This document shows positions 46,827-56,600 of a stretch of DNA of 64,000 nucleotides, piece after piece. Made by a program: the position numbers and the translations under genes. Source of the DNA: Candidatus Latescibacterota bacterium (lineage in GTDB: Bacteria > Latescibacterota > UBA2968 > UBA8231); contig CBDAOB010000003.1 in NCBI GenBank assembly GCA_965197905.1, positions 1,088,001-1,152,000 of the forward strand. Reading direction: 5' to 3'. The first letter of the stretch is position 1. Each line of letters begins with the position of its first letter. Under the pieces are notes generated by a model. It did not search any database and had not been told where the DNA came from. It saw nothing but the letters and a program-made list of their open reading frames with translations.

Positions 46827-48245
46827 TTAGGACTTTTCGAGGTCATCCAGAAGGTGGAGTTCTGTCGCTTTGGCAACCGCTTGGGTTCGCCTGTGAGTAC
46901 CTAGCTTTTGGAAGAGTCTATTTACATGGGATTTCACCGTGGCGACAGAGACGTATAGCTCTTCGCAAATCTGCTTATTCGAGTAACCCTCACTCACAAG
47001 CTTCAATACTGTTAGTTCCCGAGACGTCAACAACCCTTGCCTATCGCTGTTCTTATTCTCTGCGGCAGACATACGATCAGCTGTCAAAGGGCGCAGATAG
47101 TAATCAGCGTCGCTACCTAAGCGAGTAGATAGTTCCGGAAAAGTCAATGGCTCAGCGGCTTCAATGACTTTGCCAAGCATGGTTCTTTCTTTTGCGGAAA
47201 TTCTAGAAACGATTCCACCACTTCTCGGAATTTTGCGATCGCTGGTTCTCCAGATCTCATCTGAGCAGCCCCCCAATTTTTCGAGGATATTGGCGTTAAC
47301 TAGGTCCGCCAAGCCCCTCTGACAACCCCTCTGACTGTCTCGTTGCCGCCTAAAGAAAATCTGCCAAACTGGTGGGAGTTTTTGGCGTAACAACTCTTCG
47401 CTGAATTCCTCGACCGTCGACCCTACACAAAGAAGCGAAAGCGTAGCCAGTTCAATTTCGAATATGTCAGAGACCATCTTGTCGTGGTGGGATCTCATGA
47501 ACTTGAAGACAGGCTCTGCCATCTCGGTATATTCGAGCGCAATAGTTACCAATGAACTTCTCCAAGTACTCAACTTCCTTGCTTCAACCGACAACGCCAA
47601 AGGTTCCGAGTGTGGACTAGAAGGCGAGGGTTTCCGAAGCACGTCTGCCATCAGGTGACTATTGTACGCTATGCTGCACAATCCCTCGCACTGATCAGTG
47701 CTGATGGTTGATCCGTTCCAATCGGTTACCGTTTGCAGGGGGGTTCCAACTCTCATTCCAGCCATTTCTGCCCCGGAAAAATTCGCACCGGCAAAACAGC
47801 TACCAGCTGCACCCATGCCCGTCATGGAGGAGCCTCTAAAATCAGCGCGGAATGAAATCACGTTCCGAAAGTCCGTTTCTTCCAGGTCTGCACCTCGGAA
47901 GCTCGTTTCGAACAATCTAGTTCGCCGAAAATTCGCACCGCGCAGATCCGCCCCATTGAAGTTGGTTCCGGAAAGATCCGCGAAGCTCAAGTCTATTCCA
48001 CTTAGATCCTTCCCTGACAGGTCGATTCCTCGGAACTCGCTCGGCATGGTGACCCGCAATCCGTCGACAGACCAAGACACCAATCCCGCTTCGATTAGAG
48101 GATCGACGATGCTCGCACATGCCTCTGAAGATTTTTCCGCACCGACGATCTGCTCAACGGTGCAGATGGGTATTTTACCTGTCGGAGCACAGTTCCTTTG
48201 GAGCTCGGCGAAATGGTAGGCATGAGTAGGGCTGACAGGGGGCAT
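46827..48245 (-). CDS. Pentapeptide-repeat protein with C-terminal LuxR-type HTH
   Basis: IDLSG/ADLSG/ADLRG repeats; LTSRELTVLKLVSEGYSNKQICEELYVSVATVKSHVNRLFQKLG. Confidence 0.85.
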   Translation of the reverse strand: MPPVSPTHAYHFAELQRNCAPTGKIPICTVEQIVGAEKSSEACASIVDPLIEAGLVSWSVDGLRVTMPSEFRGIDLSGKDLSGIDLSFADLSGTNFNGADLRGANFRRTRLFETSFRGADLEETDFRNVISFRADFRGSSMTGMGAAGSCFAGANFSGAEMAGMRVGTPLQTVTDWNGSTISTDQCEGLCSIAYNSHLMADVLRKPSPSSPHSEPLALSVEARKLSTWRSSLVTIALEYTEMAEPVFKFMRSHHDKMVSDIFEIELATLSLLCVGSTVEEFSEELLRQKLPPVWQIFFRRQRDSQRGCQRGLADLVNANILEKLGGCSDEIWRTSDRKIPRSGGIVSRISAKERTMLGKVIEAAEPLTFPELSTRLGSDADYYLRPLTADRMSAAENKNSDRQGLLTSRELTVLKLVSEGYSNKQICEELYVSVATVKSHVNRLFQKLGTHRRTQAVAKATELHLLDDLEKS

Positions 48246-48590
48246 CGCTCACTTTTCCGTCAACGTCAAAGCAGGGGAGGCAGTCACAATATCAAAATTA
48301 CTCACGTGCATCAAGATGAATATTTTCGGATTGAGCTTGATCGAGTCGCCCAACGGTCGTAAGGCAAAATAAATCAAACCTTTAAGGTCGATCGATGAAG
48401 TCGTGCAACTAGAATTTCAGTTTGGCAGGTCGGGCGATTTGTCCTCCATGTAAACCGGATTCTTTGGCGGGATCTTAGAATCTTCTTACCGTACCCGATC
48501 AGGCGACACAGCGCCAAACTACAAGTCGCATCGAATACCACCAAGCTTGTGGTAGAAAAGGCAGAGTGAACTCCAGGAAGGACTAACCGA

Positions 48591-49757
48591 ATGCGTATCT
48601 ACAAAGTCGGCATTCTCGGCTGTCGAGCTCGAGGTTCCAGTGCCGCCCGTGCCTATCACGCTCATCCTCGCACCGAAGTGGTAGGCCTTTGTGACCTGGT
48701 GCCGGAGCTTCTTTCTACGCTCGGTGACGAGCTGGGGGTGAGCGCGCGGTTCTCGGACTACCACGAGATGATCCGCGCTACCGAGCCTGACATCGTCGCT
48801 ATTCCAACGGGAACGGAGTTTCACTACGAGCTCGCCATGGGGGTTCTGGAACATGGTGTGAACATCGACATCGAGAAGCCGATCTGCGTCAATCTCCAAC
48901 AGGCCGACGAAGTAGTCGCCAAAGCCCGCCAGAAGGGTGTTCGCATCGCGGTGCACCACCAACATCGCCTCAACGCCTGGATGCTGGCGGCACACCAGGC
49001 CTACCGCGAGGGCCGCACTGGCGATTTGCTCTACGTCTACACCCGCGACAAGGGGTATTACGGCGGGTTCGGCGTGATGAACGTTGCCACCCACAAGGTG
49101 AACAACATCCAGAAGTTCGCGGGTCCTTGTCGAGCGGTGAACGCATCGGCGACCACCGATGGGCGGCCGCTAACACCACAAGATGTGATCCAGTCGCCGT
49201 CAGGGATGGGTGTCATCGCCGGCGAATACATCAACGCTACCCTCGAATTCGACGACAACGTAACGGCCACTCTGTTGCAGCAGCGTTTGCCGGGAAAGAC
49301 GACTCTGGCGGCTTCGGTAATCGAGCTTTTCGGCACCGAGGGACGATTGTTGTGGCGTCAAAAGAATGCCTGGCATCTGCCGACGCCGCATCTGTTGCCC
49401 GACGGGGAACACGATTGCTGGGAACCTTTGGAGCCGATATTTCCGGAACACTACGACGAATCGTCACCGGCAAGCCAGGATGACTACTGGTTCGTGGAGG
49501 AGTACGTGCAGGCGCTGGACGAGGGTCGCGACCATGAGTGCGATGGGGCAGACGGGCTGAGGGTCATGGAGACCTTGATGGCGATCTTCGAGTCGGCGGC
49601 GTACGGCAGGCGCGTGGCCTTGCCGCAAAAGGAGCGCGAGCATCCGCTCTTGCGCTGGCGCCGGGAGCATGGTCTCGGCGAGCCGGATCCGGTGCCGCGG
49701 GAGTACGGCGCGTGGCTGGCGCAGGAAGACGCGCGACTCGGCCGCGACGCGTCCTAG
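48591..49757 (+). CDS. Gfo/Idh/MocA family oxidoreductase
   Basis: VGILGC..G, PDIVAIPT..H, EKP, ESA..GRRV. Confidence 0.88.
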   Translation: MRIYKVGILGCRARGSSAARAYHAHPRTEVVGLCDLVPELLSTLGDELGVSARFSDYHEMIRATEPDIVAIPTGTEFHYELAMGVLEHGVNIDIEKPICVNLQQADEVVAKARQKGVRIAVHHQHRLNAWMLAAHQAYREGRTGDLLYVYTRDKGYYGGFGVMNVATHKVNNIQKFAGPCRAVNASATTDGRPLTPQDVIQSPSGMGVIAGEYINATLEFDDNVTATLLQQRLPGKTTLAASVIELFGTEGRLLWRQKNAWHLPTPHLLPDGEHDCWEPLEPIFPEHYDESSPASQDDYWFVEEYVQALDEGRDHECDGADGLRVMETLMAIFESAAYGRRVALPQKEREHPLLRWRREHGLGEPDPVPREYGAWLAQEDARLGRDAS

Positions 49758-49812
49758 TTGTAGGTCTACGTGATTGATCAACCACGCGACAGAATCTGGA
49801 GAAACAGCGTCG

Positions 49813-50880
49813 ATGCCTGAAAACTCATTGGATTGGTACGATGTGACCGCCTGGGAGCTCGAAGGCAAGGGTTGGACGGACACCGACAGCCACTTCGCCA
49901 GATTGCCGGTTCGAGCCAAAGAAACGGTGCGGGACTGGATCTGGATGTTAGCTCATCACACGGCGGGGCTTATTGTCCGCTTCGAAAGCGACGCGCAGGA
50001 GATATGGGTGCGTTATACCCTGCTGCGAAAGCGATTCCCGCCGTCCAAGGCGCCCGAAACGCTGGCCAAACCGGGCATGCCGGCAACCGGAAAGAGTGGT
50101 CTGGATTTCTATGCGCAGGATGATAGCGGCCACTGGTGCTGGTTGGCGGTGGTCGAACCGACGGACCAGACCATGGAAGTGCGGGCGATCGGTGACCTGG
50201 ATCCCGGTCGGCGCGGCTACATGGTCTACCTACCGTTGCGCAATGGTGTCGAGTCACTCGAAATCGGATTCTCAGCCGGTGCCGCGGTGAACTCGATGGC
50301 GCCGCGGGCGGAGCAGCCGCTGGTCTTTTACGGCACTTCGATTACCCAGGGCACCGGGGCCTCCCGTCCGGGCATGGCGTATCCCGCTATCCTGGGGCGC
50401 CGCTTCGATCGCCCCGTCATCAACCTGGGTTTCTGCGGCACGGGACAGATGGATCTCGAAGTGGGGGCCTTGCTCTGGGAGCTGGATGCAGCGGTCTACA
50501 TCATCGACTGTCTGCCGAACATGACCGGCGACATGGTGGCGGAGCGGGCAGAGCCTTTGGTGCGCCAGTTGCGCCAGGCGCGACCGGAGGTCCCCATCGT
50601 GCTGGTCGAAGAGCGCCATTACGACAACGAGCGATTCGTCGCTGCCTATCGAGCCCGGCATACCGCCAACAACAACGCCCTGCGGTCGGCGTACGAGGGG
50701 TTGATCGAGGCAGGGGTGCAAGGGCTCTATTACGTAGAGGGCGACCACCTTTGGGGCGACGACGGGGAGGCCACCTCCTACGGCGGGCATCCGTCCGATT
50801 TGGGCATGATGCGCACCGCCGATGCGCTCGAGCCGGTGTTGCGCCCGCTGGTGAGTCGCGTGTTGAGCACATCAACCTGA
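49813..50880 (+). CDS. SGNH hydrolase with N-terminal GxDLY-type domain
   Basis: SGLDFY, YGTSITQG..ASRPG, NLGF.G, DCLPN, HPSDLG. Confidence 0.82.
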   Translation: MPENSLDWYDVTAWELEGKGWTDTDSHFARLPVRAKETVRDWIWMLAHHTAGLIVRFESDAQEIWVRYTLLRKRFPPSKAPETLAKPGMPATGKSGLDFYAQDDSGHWCWLAVVEPTDQTMEVRAIGDLDPGRRGYMVYLPLRNGVESLEIGFSAGAAVNSMAPRAEQPLVFYGTSITQGTGASRPGMAYPAILGRRFDRPVINLGFCGTGQMDLEVGALLWELDAAVYIIDCLPNMTGDMVAERAEPLVRQLRQARPEVPIVLVEERHYDNERFVAAYRARHTANNNALRSAYEGLIEAGVQGLYYVEGDHLWGDDGEATSYGGHPSDLGMMRTADALEPVLRPLVSRVLSTST

Positions 50881-50895
50881 CAAGGTGGAATTCCC

Positions 50896-52053
50896 ATGCA
50901 GGTGAACAACAAACCCTTCTTCCTGATTGGCGCCCGCCACATGCCCGACGGGGGGACGCCGGCATTGTTGGCGCAGGCAGGGTTCAACGCCTATCGCCAT
51001 TTGCCCTGGGGGACGGAGACCAGCGAACCGGAACCGCCGCCGGCGCGGGACGAGGGCATCCTCTATTGGTCCTACCTTTGGAATCGGACCGCTTTCGAGC
51101 TTTCGCCCCACTTCCAAACAGAGCTCACCGAGTATGTTCGACGGGTGAAGGCCGATCCGGCCCTGTTGTGTTATGAAAACCTGAACGAACCGATCATGCC
51201 CGGGCAGCAGAAGGCGACGCCCGAACAGCTGGGCGTCGGGGTGGACCTCTTGCGGCAGCTGGACCCCGATCACCCCATATGGCTGGCGCACAGCTGCCAC
51301 AACATGGTGGAGACTTTGGCCACCTACAATCGCTGCGCCGACATCCTGGGGGCCAATCCGTATCCGGTGGTGCCGACGGGCATGCGTCCGCACCACGTGG
51401 CAGCCCGTACCGATGGCCGCATGCTCGACTGTCCGGACCAGACACTCCACGGTGCCGGCAAGTACACCCGGAAGATGCTGCAGGTTGGGGGCGGGCGCCT
51501 ACCGGTCTGGATGTTCGTTCAGGGAATGGCGAACGAGCGCTGGTTCAATCCCACGGAGCTGCCGGAGCTGGCCGATCAATCCATCGACGAGTCCAAGATC
51601 CTTTATCCCACCTACGAGGAGCTGCGTTTCATGGTCTTCGACGAGATCATCTGTGGCGCTACCGGTCTGGCATTTTCCATGTACGGAACTCCGATCCGAA
51701 GCCAGATGTGGCGTGACATCGAACGCGTAGTCAGCGAGCTCAACGGCTTGCACGACGCCCTGGCGGCTCCGCGGGCGTCCGGAAACGTCGACCTGGCCTA
51801 CACCGACCTGGGGCACACCATATGGGACGGAGTGGGAACGATGGCGAGGCTCCTAGGCGATGATATCTATCTCTTCGCCGCCAACACCGCCTTCGATCCG
51901 GCGCGGGTTTCAATTGGAATCGAAGGGGTCGAAGCCACGGGGGCGGCCGTTGTCGAGGGAGAGGACCGAGAGCTGCCGGTGACCGGCGGCAGGATCGAGG
52001 ACGACTTCGAGCCGTACGGTGTCCACGTCTACCGGTTCAAGGGCGAGTGGTAA
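50896..52053 (+). CDS. Hypothetical protein, possible glycoside-hydrolase TIM barrel
   Basis: NEP motif, DILGANPYP, YPTYEELRFM..GATG. Confidence 0.5.
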   Translation: MQVNNKPFFLIGARHMPDGGTPALLAQAGFNAYRHLPWGTETSEPEPPPARDEGILYWSYLWNRTAFELSPHFQTELTEYVRRVKADPALLCYENLNEPIMPGQQKATPEQLGVGVDLLRQLDPDHPIWLAHSCHNMVETLATYNRCADILGANPYPVVPTGMRPHHVAARTDGRMLDCPDQTLHGAGKYTRKMLQVGGGRLPVWMFVQGMANERWFNPTELPELADQSIDESKILYPTYEELRFMVFDEIICGATGLAFSMYGTPIRSQMWRDIERVVSELNGLHDALAAPRASGNVDLAYTDLGHTIWDGVGTMARLLGDDIYLFAANTAFDPARVSIGIEGVEATGAAVVEGEDRELPVTGGRIEDDFEPYGVHVYRFKGEW

Positions 52054-52191
52054 ACCCCGGGAAGGACCGGCACTTGCGGCACACGACCAGATATCCAGGA
52101 CGAAGACCATGCCGCCTGAATCACCACCTGAAACGGGTAAAGTAGCGTTTCCCGCGTCAATTCCACCCTCCGAGTTCCTTCCCATTCTTTC

Positions 52192-52220
52192 TTGACACAG
52201 TTTTCTCGTCCAGTTACCGT
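52192..52220 (+). promoter_or_regulatory. Sigma70-type promoter of the imuB-dnaE2 cassette
   Basis: TTGACA-N17-TACCGT upstream of ATG 52263. Confidence 0.55.
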
Positions 52221-52235
52221 TCTATCTCGGTATAG

Positions 52236-52249
52236 TGCACATTTGAGCA
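52236..52249. promoter_or_regulatory. Putative LexA box, TGCNC-N4-GTGCA type
   Basis: Minus strand reads TGCTC-AAAT-GTGCA, between the promoter and the imuB start. Confidence 0.6.
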
Positions 52250-52262
52250 GTATATTTAAGAG

Positions 52263-53411
52263 ATGTCGACCTGGATTGTCTGTTTTCACATCCCGGATCT
52301 AGCAGTTCGGACATTGACCGAAAATCCCCAGGAAAAGGTGGTGGTCTCCTGGGCAGGTCAGGTCTGGTCCTGGAGCGAGACCGTGGAGAAAAGCCGGCTC
52401 CGCACCGGTGATTCCCTGCAGCGGGCTCGGGCACTCTGTCCCGACGCGCTGCTACTGGAACGGGATCTGCATCGCGAGGTCATGATGCGGGAGCGTCTGC
52501 TTAATCAACTCTACTCGGCCTCCCCCCGAGTGATGATGCTCCATGAGACCTCTCTCCACGGGGCATGGGGGTTGTTGCAGAATCCGCTGGGGGATCGGCT
52601 ACGGCACCTGACAACGGAATTGCGGGCAAAGGTAGGTGTCGCCCAGCATCGATCTTATGCCATGTTGGCCGCGGCCAAAGCGGCCTTCGGTGAGCTTGTA
52701 GTAATAAAGCCGGCCGACCTGATGCCGTTTTTGCGGGAAACCTCGGTAGCGGTGTTGATCCCCTTGGGATACCCCAAGGTGGTTGATGCTCTGTCGCTGT
52801 TCGGCCTGCGCTCCCTGCAGCAGGTGTATCAATTGACCCGACGCCATCTGGAAGCCCAGTTCGAAGAGCAGGGCAGGTCACTCTACGCCTTGCTACATCC
52901 CAACGATGAACCTCCCATCCCCGTGTACGAACCGGGTGTAATCCAGACCGGGTTCGAGTTAGACGCATCCATTCTCGAAACCCTGGATCTCGCTCCTCAG
53001 CTCACTTACCTGGTGGATCAAGCAATCGATCAATTAAAGGGCAAGTGTGCTCAGTATCTGGAGCTGCAGTTGCAGACGGAAAAGGGCAAGGTGGAAGCCT
53101 GCCGGCTGTTGAAAGAGCCCGTATCCGACCAACGCAGCCTCATCCATGCGGCTCGGTATCTGCTCTCCAATCTATTGCCAAAGGCAGGTGAGGTTTGCGG
53201 TCTGGGAGTTTCTCTTGGCGGCCTGGTCGACACCCCGTTCAGGCAGGAGTCTTTGTTCCCTCAGCGAAAACCGGTTCTGAGCGCTTTGAGAGCGGTAGAA
53301 CGGCGATTTCCCTCCAAGCTGCTGCGGGGTATCGTGGCGGATCCACAACCTATTTTCCACGAAGAGCAAACCAGATTCGAACCCATTTTCCCGGGGAAAC
53401 CAGCCACCTGA
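52263..53411 (+). CDS. imuB: ImuB/ImuY-like Y-family polymerase homolog (catalytic acidic residues not evident)
   Basis: G..LQRARALCP, L..FGLRSL, QFEEQG, clamp-binding-like QESLF; upstream of dnaE2. Confidence 0.72.
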   Translation: MSTWIVCFHIPDLAVRTLTENPQEKVVVSWAGQVWSWSETVEKSRLRTGDSLQRARALCPDALLLERDLHREVMMRERLLNQLYSASPRVMMLHETSLHGAWGLLQNPLGDRLRHLTTELRAKVGVAQHRSYAMLAAAKAAFGELVVIKPADLMPFLRETSVAVLIPLGYPKVVDALSLFGLRSLQQVYQLTRRHLEAQFEEQGRSLYALLHPNDEPPIPVYEPGVIQTGFELDASILETLDLAPQLTYLVDQAIDQLKGKCAQYLELQLQTEKGKVEACRLLKEPVSDQRSLIHAARYLLSNLLPKAGEVCGLGVSLGGLVDTPFRQESLFPQRKPVLSALRAVERRFPSKLLRGIVADPQPIFHEEQTRFEPIFPGKPAT

Positions 53412-53653
53412 AGCTCTACGACGAACAGATAGAGGTTGTATCGGGCAGCGATTCAAAACCGATACGGCTGAGCTGGCGCAAACGATGGTATGAGGTAGCT
53501 GCCATCCAGGATGAGTGGAAGGTGCGCGGAAGGCATTGGTACCAAGAAGAGAGTCGTCGGTATTTCCAGATCCAAACCGCTGACAACCGGATCATGACTG
53601 TATGTCAAAAGGAAACGAAGGATGACTGGCTCCTGGTGAGAGTGGTCGATTGA
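53408..53653 (+). CDS. DUF6504 / ImuB C-terminal-like small protein
   Basis: KLYDEQIEV..P..LSWRKRWYEV..W..RRYF..W.LVRVVD; overlaps the imuB stop (CTGA) and the dnaE2 start (TTGA). Confidence 0.72.
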   Translation: MKLYDEQIEVVSGSDSKPIRLSWRKRWYEVAAIQDEWKVRGRHWYQEESRRYFQIQTADNRIMTVCQKETKDDWLLVRVVD

Positions 53654-56600
53654 ACTTCGCTCATCTGCACGTACGCTCCTGGTTCTCGTTTTTAGGTGGG
53701 GGATCGCCCCCTGAAAAACTGGTCCAGCGTGCTGCGCAACTTGGGTTTAAAGCCCTTGCTCTTACCGACCGGAACGGAGTCTACGGTGCGGTCCGGTTTC
53801 AACAGGCCTGCAGAGATGCCGGCGTTCACGGGGTCATCGGCGCCGAGGTTACGGTAGAGGACACGGCCCTGGTGCTTCTCTGCATGAGCCGGAAAGGGTA
53901 TGCCAACCTCAATCGCCTGCTGACCACCGCCCACCTGGCTGATAGGGACAGCCCTTCCGCAACCCTGGAGTCGGTGAAGAAGTACCATGAGGAGCTGTAC
54001 TGTCTTACCAATGGGAGGGATGGAAGACTGTGGGAGCTGGTCTCGCGGCGCAAAACACGGGAAGCAGATCTGTGGTTGCAGCAGTGGCACTCCATTTTTC
54101 GCGAGCGCCTGTACGTGGAGCTGTGTCACGGTCAGCACCAGGGAGACAGTTTCGTGGTGCAGCGAATCTATCGCCTGGCCAACCGACACGGCATTGCCAC
54201 TGTCGCTACCAACGACGTGCGTTTTTGCCGCCCGGACGATTACCGGGTCTACGATCTGTTCACCTGTATTCGGCACAACATCCGCATCTCCGATCCCCAT
54301 CCTGATCGACCCCACAATGCGGAACAGTATCTGAAAAGCGAGGCTGAGCTGCGCCGATGGATCCCTTTCCCCGAGGCGTTCGCCAGTGCCGCCGAGATTG
54401 CAGCCAACTGTAGCGTCGATCTCCTTCCGGAAGAGATCACCCCGCCCGCTGCCCATCTCCCAGATGGGATCAGTGGCAAAAAATATCTCACCTCCCTCTG
54501 CCGCGAGGCGCTTCCGGTAAAATACCTGGAGCGCAAAAATGAGGCGATCGCGCAACTGGAAAAAGAGCTGCAGGTCATCGCCGATCTCGACCTCCAAGAG
54601 TTTTTCCTGGTGGTACGCGAGGTGGTTGCGGAAGCAAGGCGCCGGGGAATTCGCTGCGCCGGCCGCGGTTCGGCGGCCAACAGCATCGTCGCCTATCTAT
54701 TGGATATCACCGCAGTGGATCCGATCGAACACAATCTCCTGTTCGAACGTTTCCTGCACGGCGGCCGCAAGGGTACCCCCGACATCGACATCGACTTCGA
54801 CTCCGATCGCCGTGACGAGGTGATCGAGTGGATGGAAGAGCGGTTCGGGCTGTCGCAAACCGCCATGACCGCAACCTTGGTGACTTACCGCGCCCGTTCC
54901 GCTTTGCGGGACGTGGCCAAAACCCTCGGCTGGCCTCTCGCGCTAATAAACGAGCTTACCAAGCTGGTACCGGGCTTTGGCATAGGAGTCATTCCCGAGT
55001 TTACCGAGCAGATCACCGCCCTTTTGGGGGAATCGCCCCTGGTTCATTACCTGCTGCATACAGTGCGACAGCTGGAAGGGTGCCCGCGTCATCTCGGGTT
55101 GCATTCGGGGGGGATGGTGCTCTCGAGAAAGTGTCTGACCTACTTCAGCCCAACCCAGGTGAGTGCCAACGGGGTGAAGGTGCTGCAGTTCGACAAGTAC
55201 GACATCGAAGCGCTGGGGCTGGTCAAACTCGATGTGCTCGGTCTGCGTATGCTGGCCACCCTCAGTGAGGCCGAAGAGCTGGTGCGGCGTCACGAAGATC
55301 CGCAATTCGACATCGATACGCTGCAGTTGGACGATCCACGGGTATACGAGCTTATGTGCTCAGGCCGCACCATCGGTCTGTTCCAGATCGAATCCCAGGG
55401 CCAGATGCACATGTTGGCGGTCAATCAACCCAGCTGTTTCGACGATGTGATCGTGGAGGTGGCGATCTTTCGTCCCGGTCCCCTGCAGTCGGGTATGGTC
55501 CATCCTTACATCCGGCGGCGCCAGGGGAAGGAGGAAGTGGTGTACGACCATCCCATCCTGGAGGAGATCCTCGAAGACACCTACGGCATCATCCTGTTCC
55601 AGGAGCAGGTGCTGGAGATAGCGCACCGCTTTGCCCACATGAGTCTCGAAGAGGCGGACGATTTCCGCGCTTTAATGTCCAAGTTCAGAGACCCGGGAGA
55701 GATGGAACGGATGCGGGGCAAATTCGTTGCGGGAGCTATGGGGCGAGGGGTACCCGAAGAGATTGCTCAAAAGGTGTTTGATCAGGTTTCCCACTTCGTC
55801 GGTTACGGATTTTGCCGTTCCCACGCGGCGGCCTTCGCGCGTACGGTGTATCACTCCGCCTATCTGAAACGATACAACCCGGCTTGTTACATGGCTGCCG
55901 TTATGGAGCATCGTCCCGGATTTTACGATCAGGGTACGCTGGAAGAGGAAGCGAAACGCTTCGGTGTCGACATTCTGCCGCCCGACATCAACTGCTCCCA
56001 AATCCGTTTTGATGTGGAGCCGGTAAAGAAGGGGGCTCTGGCGATTCGCAAACCTTTGACCTCCGTGCGCAACGTATCCGAAGAGGATGCAACGCGTATC
56101 GTCTGGGGTCGCCTGGCAGGAGCGTACAAAAGCGTCGAGGATCTGATCACCAGAGTTGCCCTCGATCGCGACGTGCTCGAACCTCTCGCCCTTGCCGGCG
56201 CTCTGGACAAGCTTGCCACTTCCAGCCGCGATGCTTTATGGCAGATTGGAGTACTGATGAATCGCATCGACTTGATCCGCGATCACGCTCCAGCCCACTC
56301 GCTGTTTACCTTGCCGGTGATCTCCTCGATTGATATTCCAACGCTCCCCGATCTGACTCAGGTCGAACGAATGACCTGGGATCACCACGCCCATGAAGCA
56401 AGCCGGGTACACCCCATGTCGTTGATTCGTCGTACCCTGAAGAGGCTTGGAGTGATGCCGGTCAGCGGCTGCTTCCGTATCGTTCCCTTAGAGCAAGAAG
56501 GCAAAGCAGCGGAGCCGATGGTGACCATCGCCGGCCGCGTCATCCTGCGCCAGCGTCCCGCCACCGCCAAGGGAGTTATGTTTATAACCCTTGAGGACGA

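Noticed and set aside
45400..48500. Mobile-element call for the lower-GC islet
   Set aside because: No integrase, transposase, att site or flanking repeats found by eye
53692..54597. 301-aa minus-strand ORF
   Set aside because: Antisense to dnaE2
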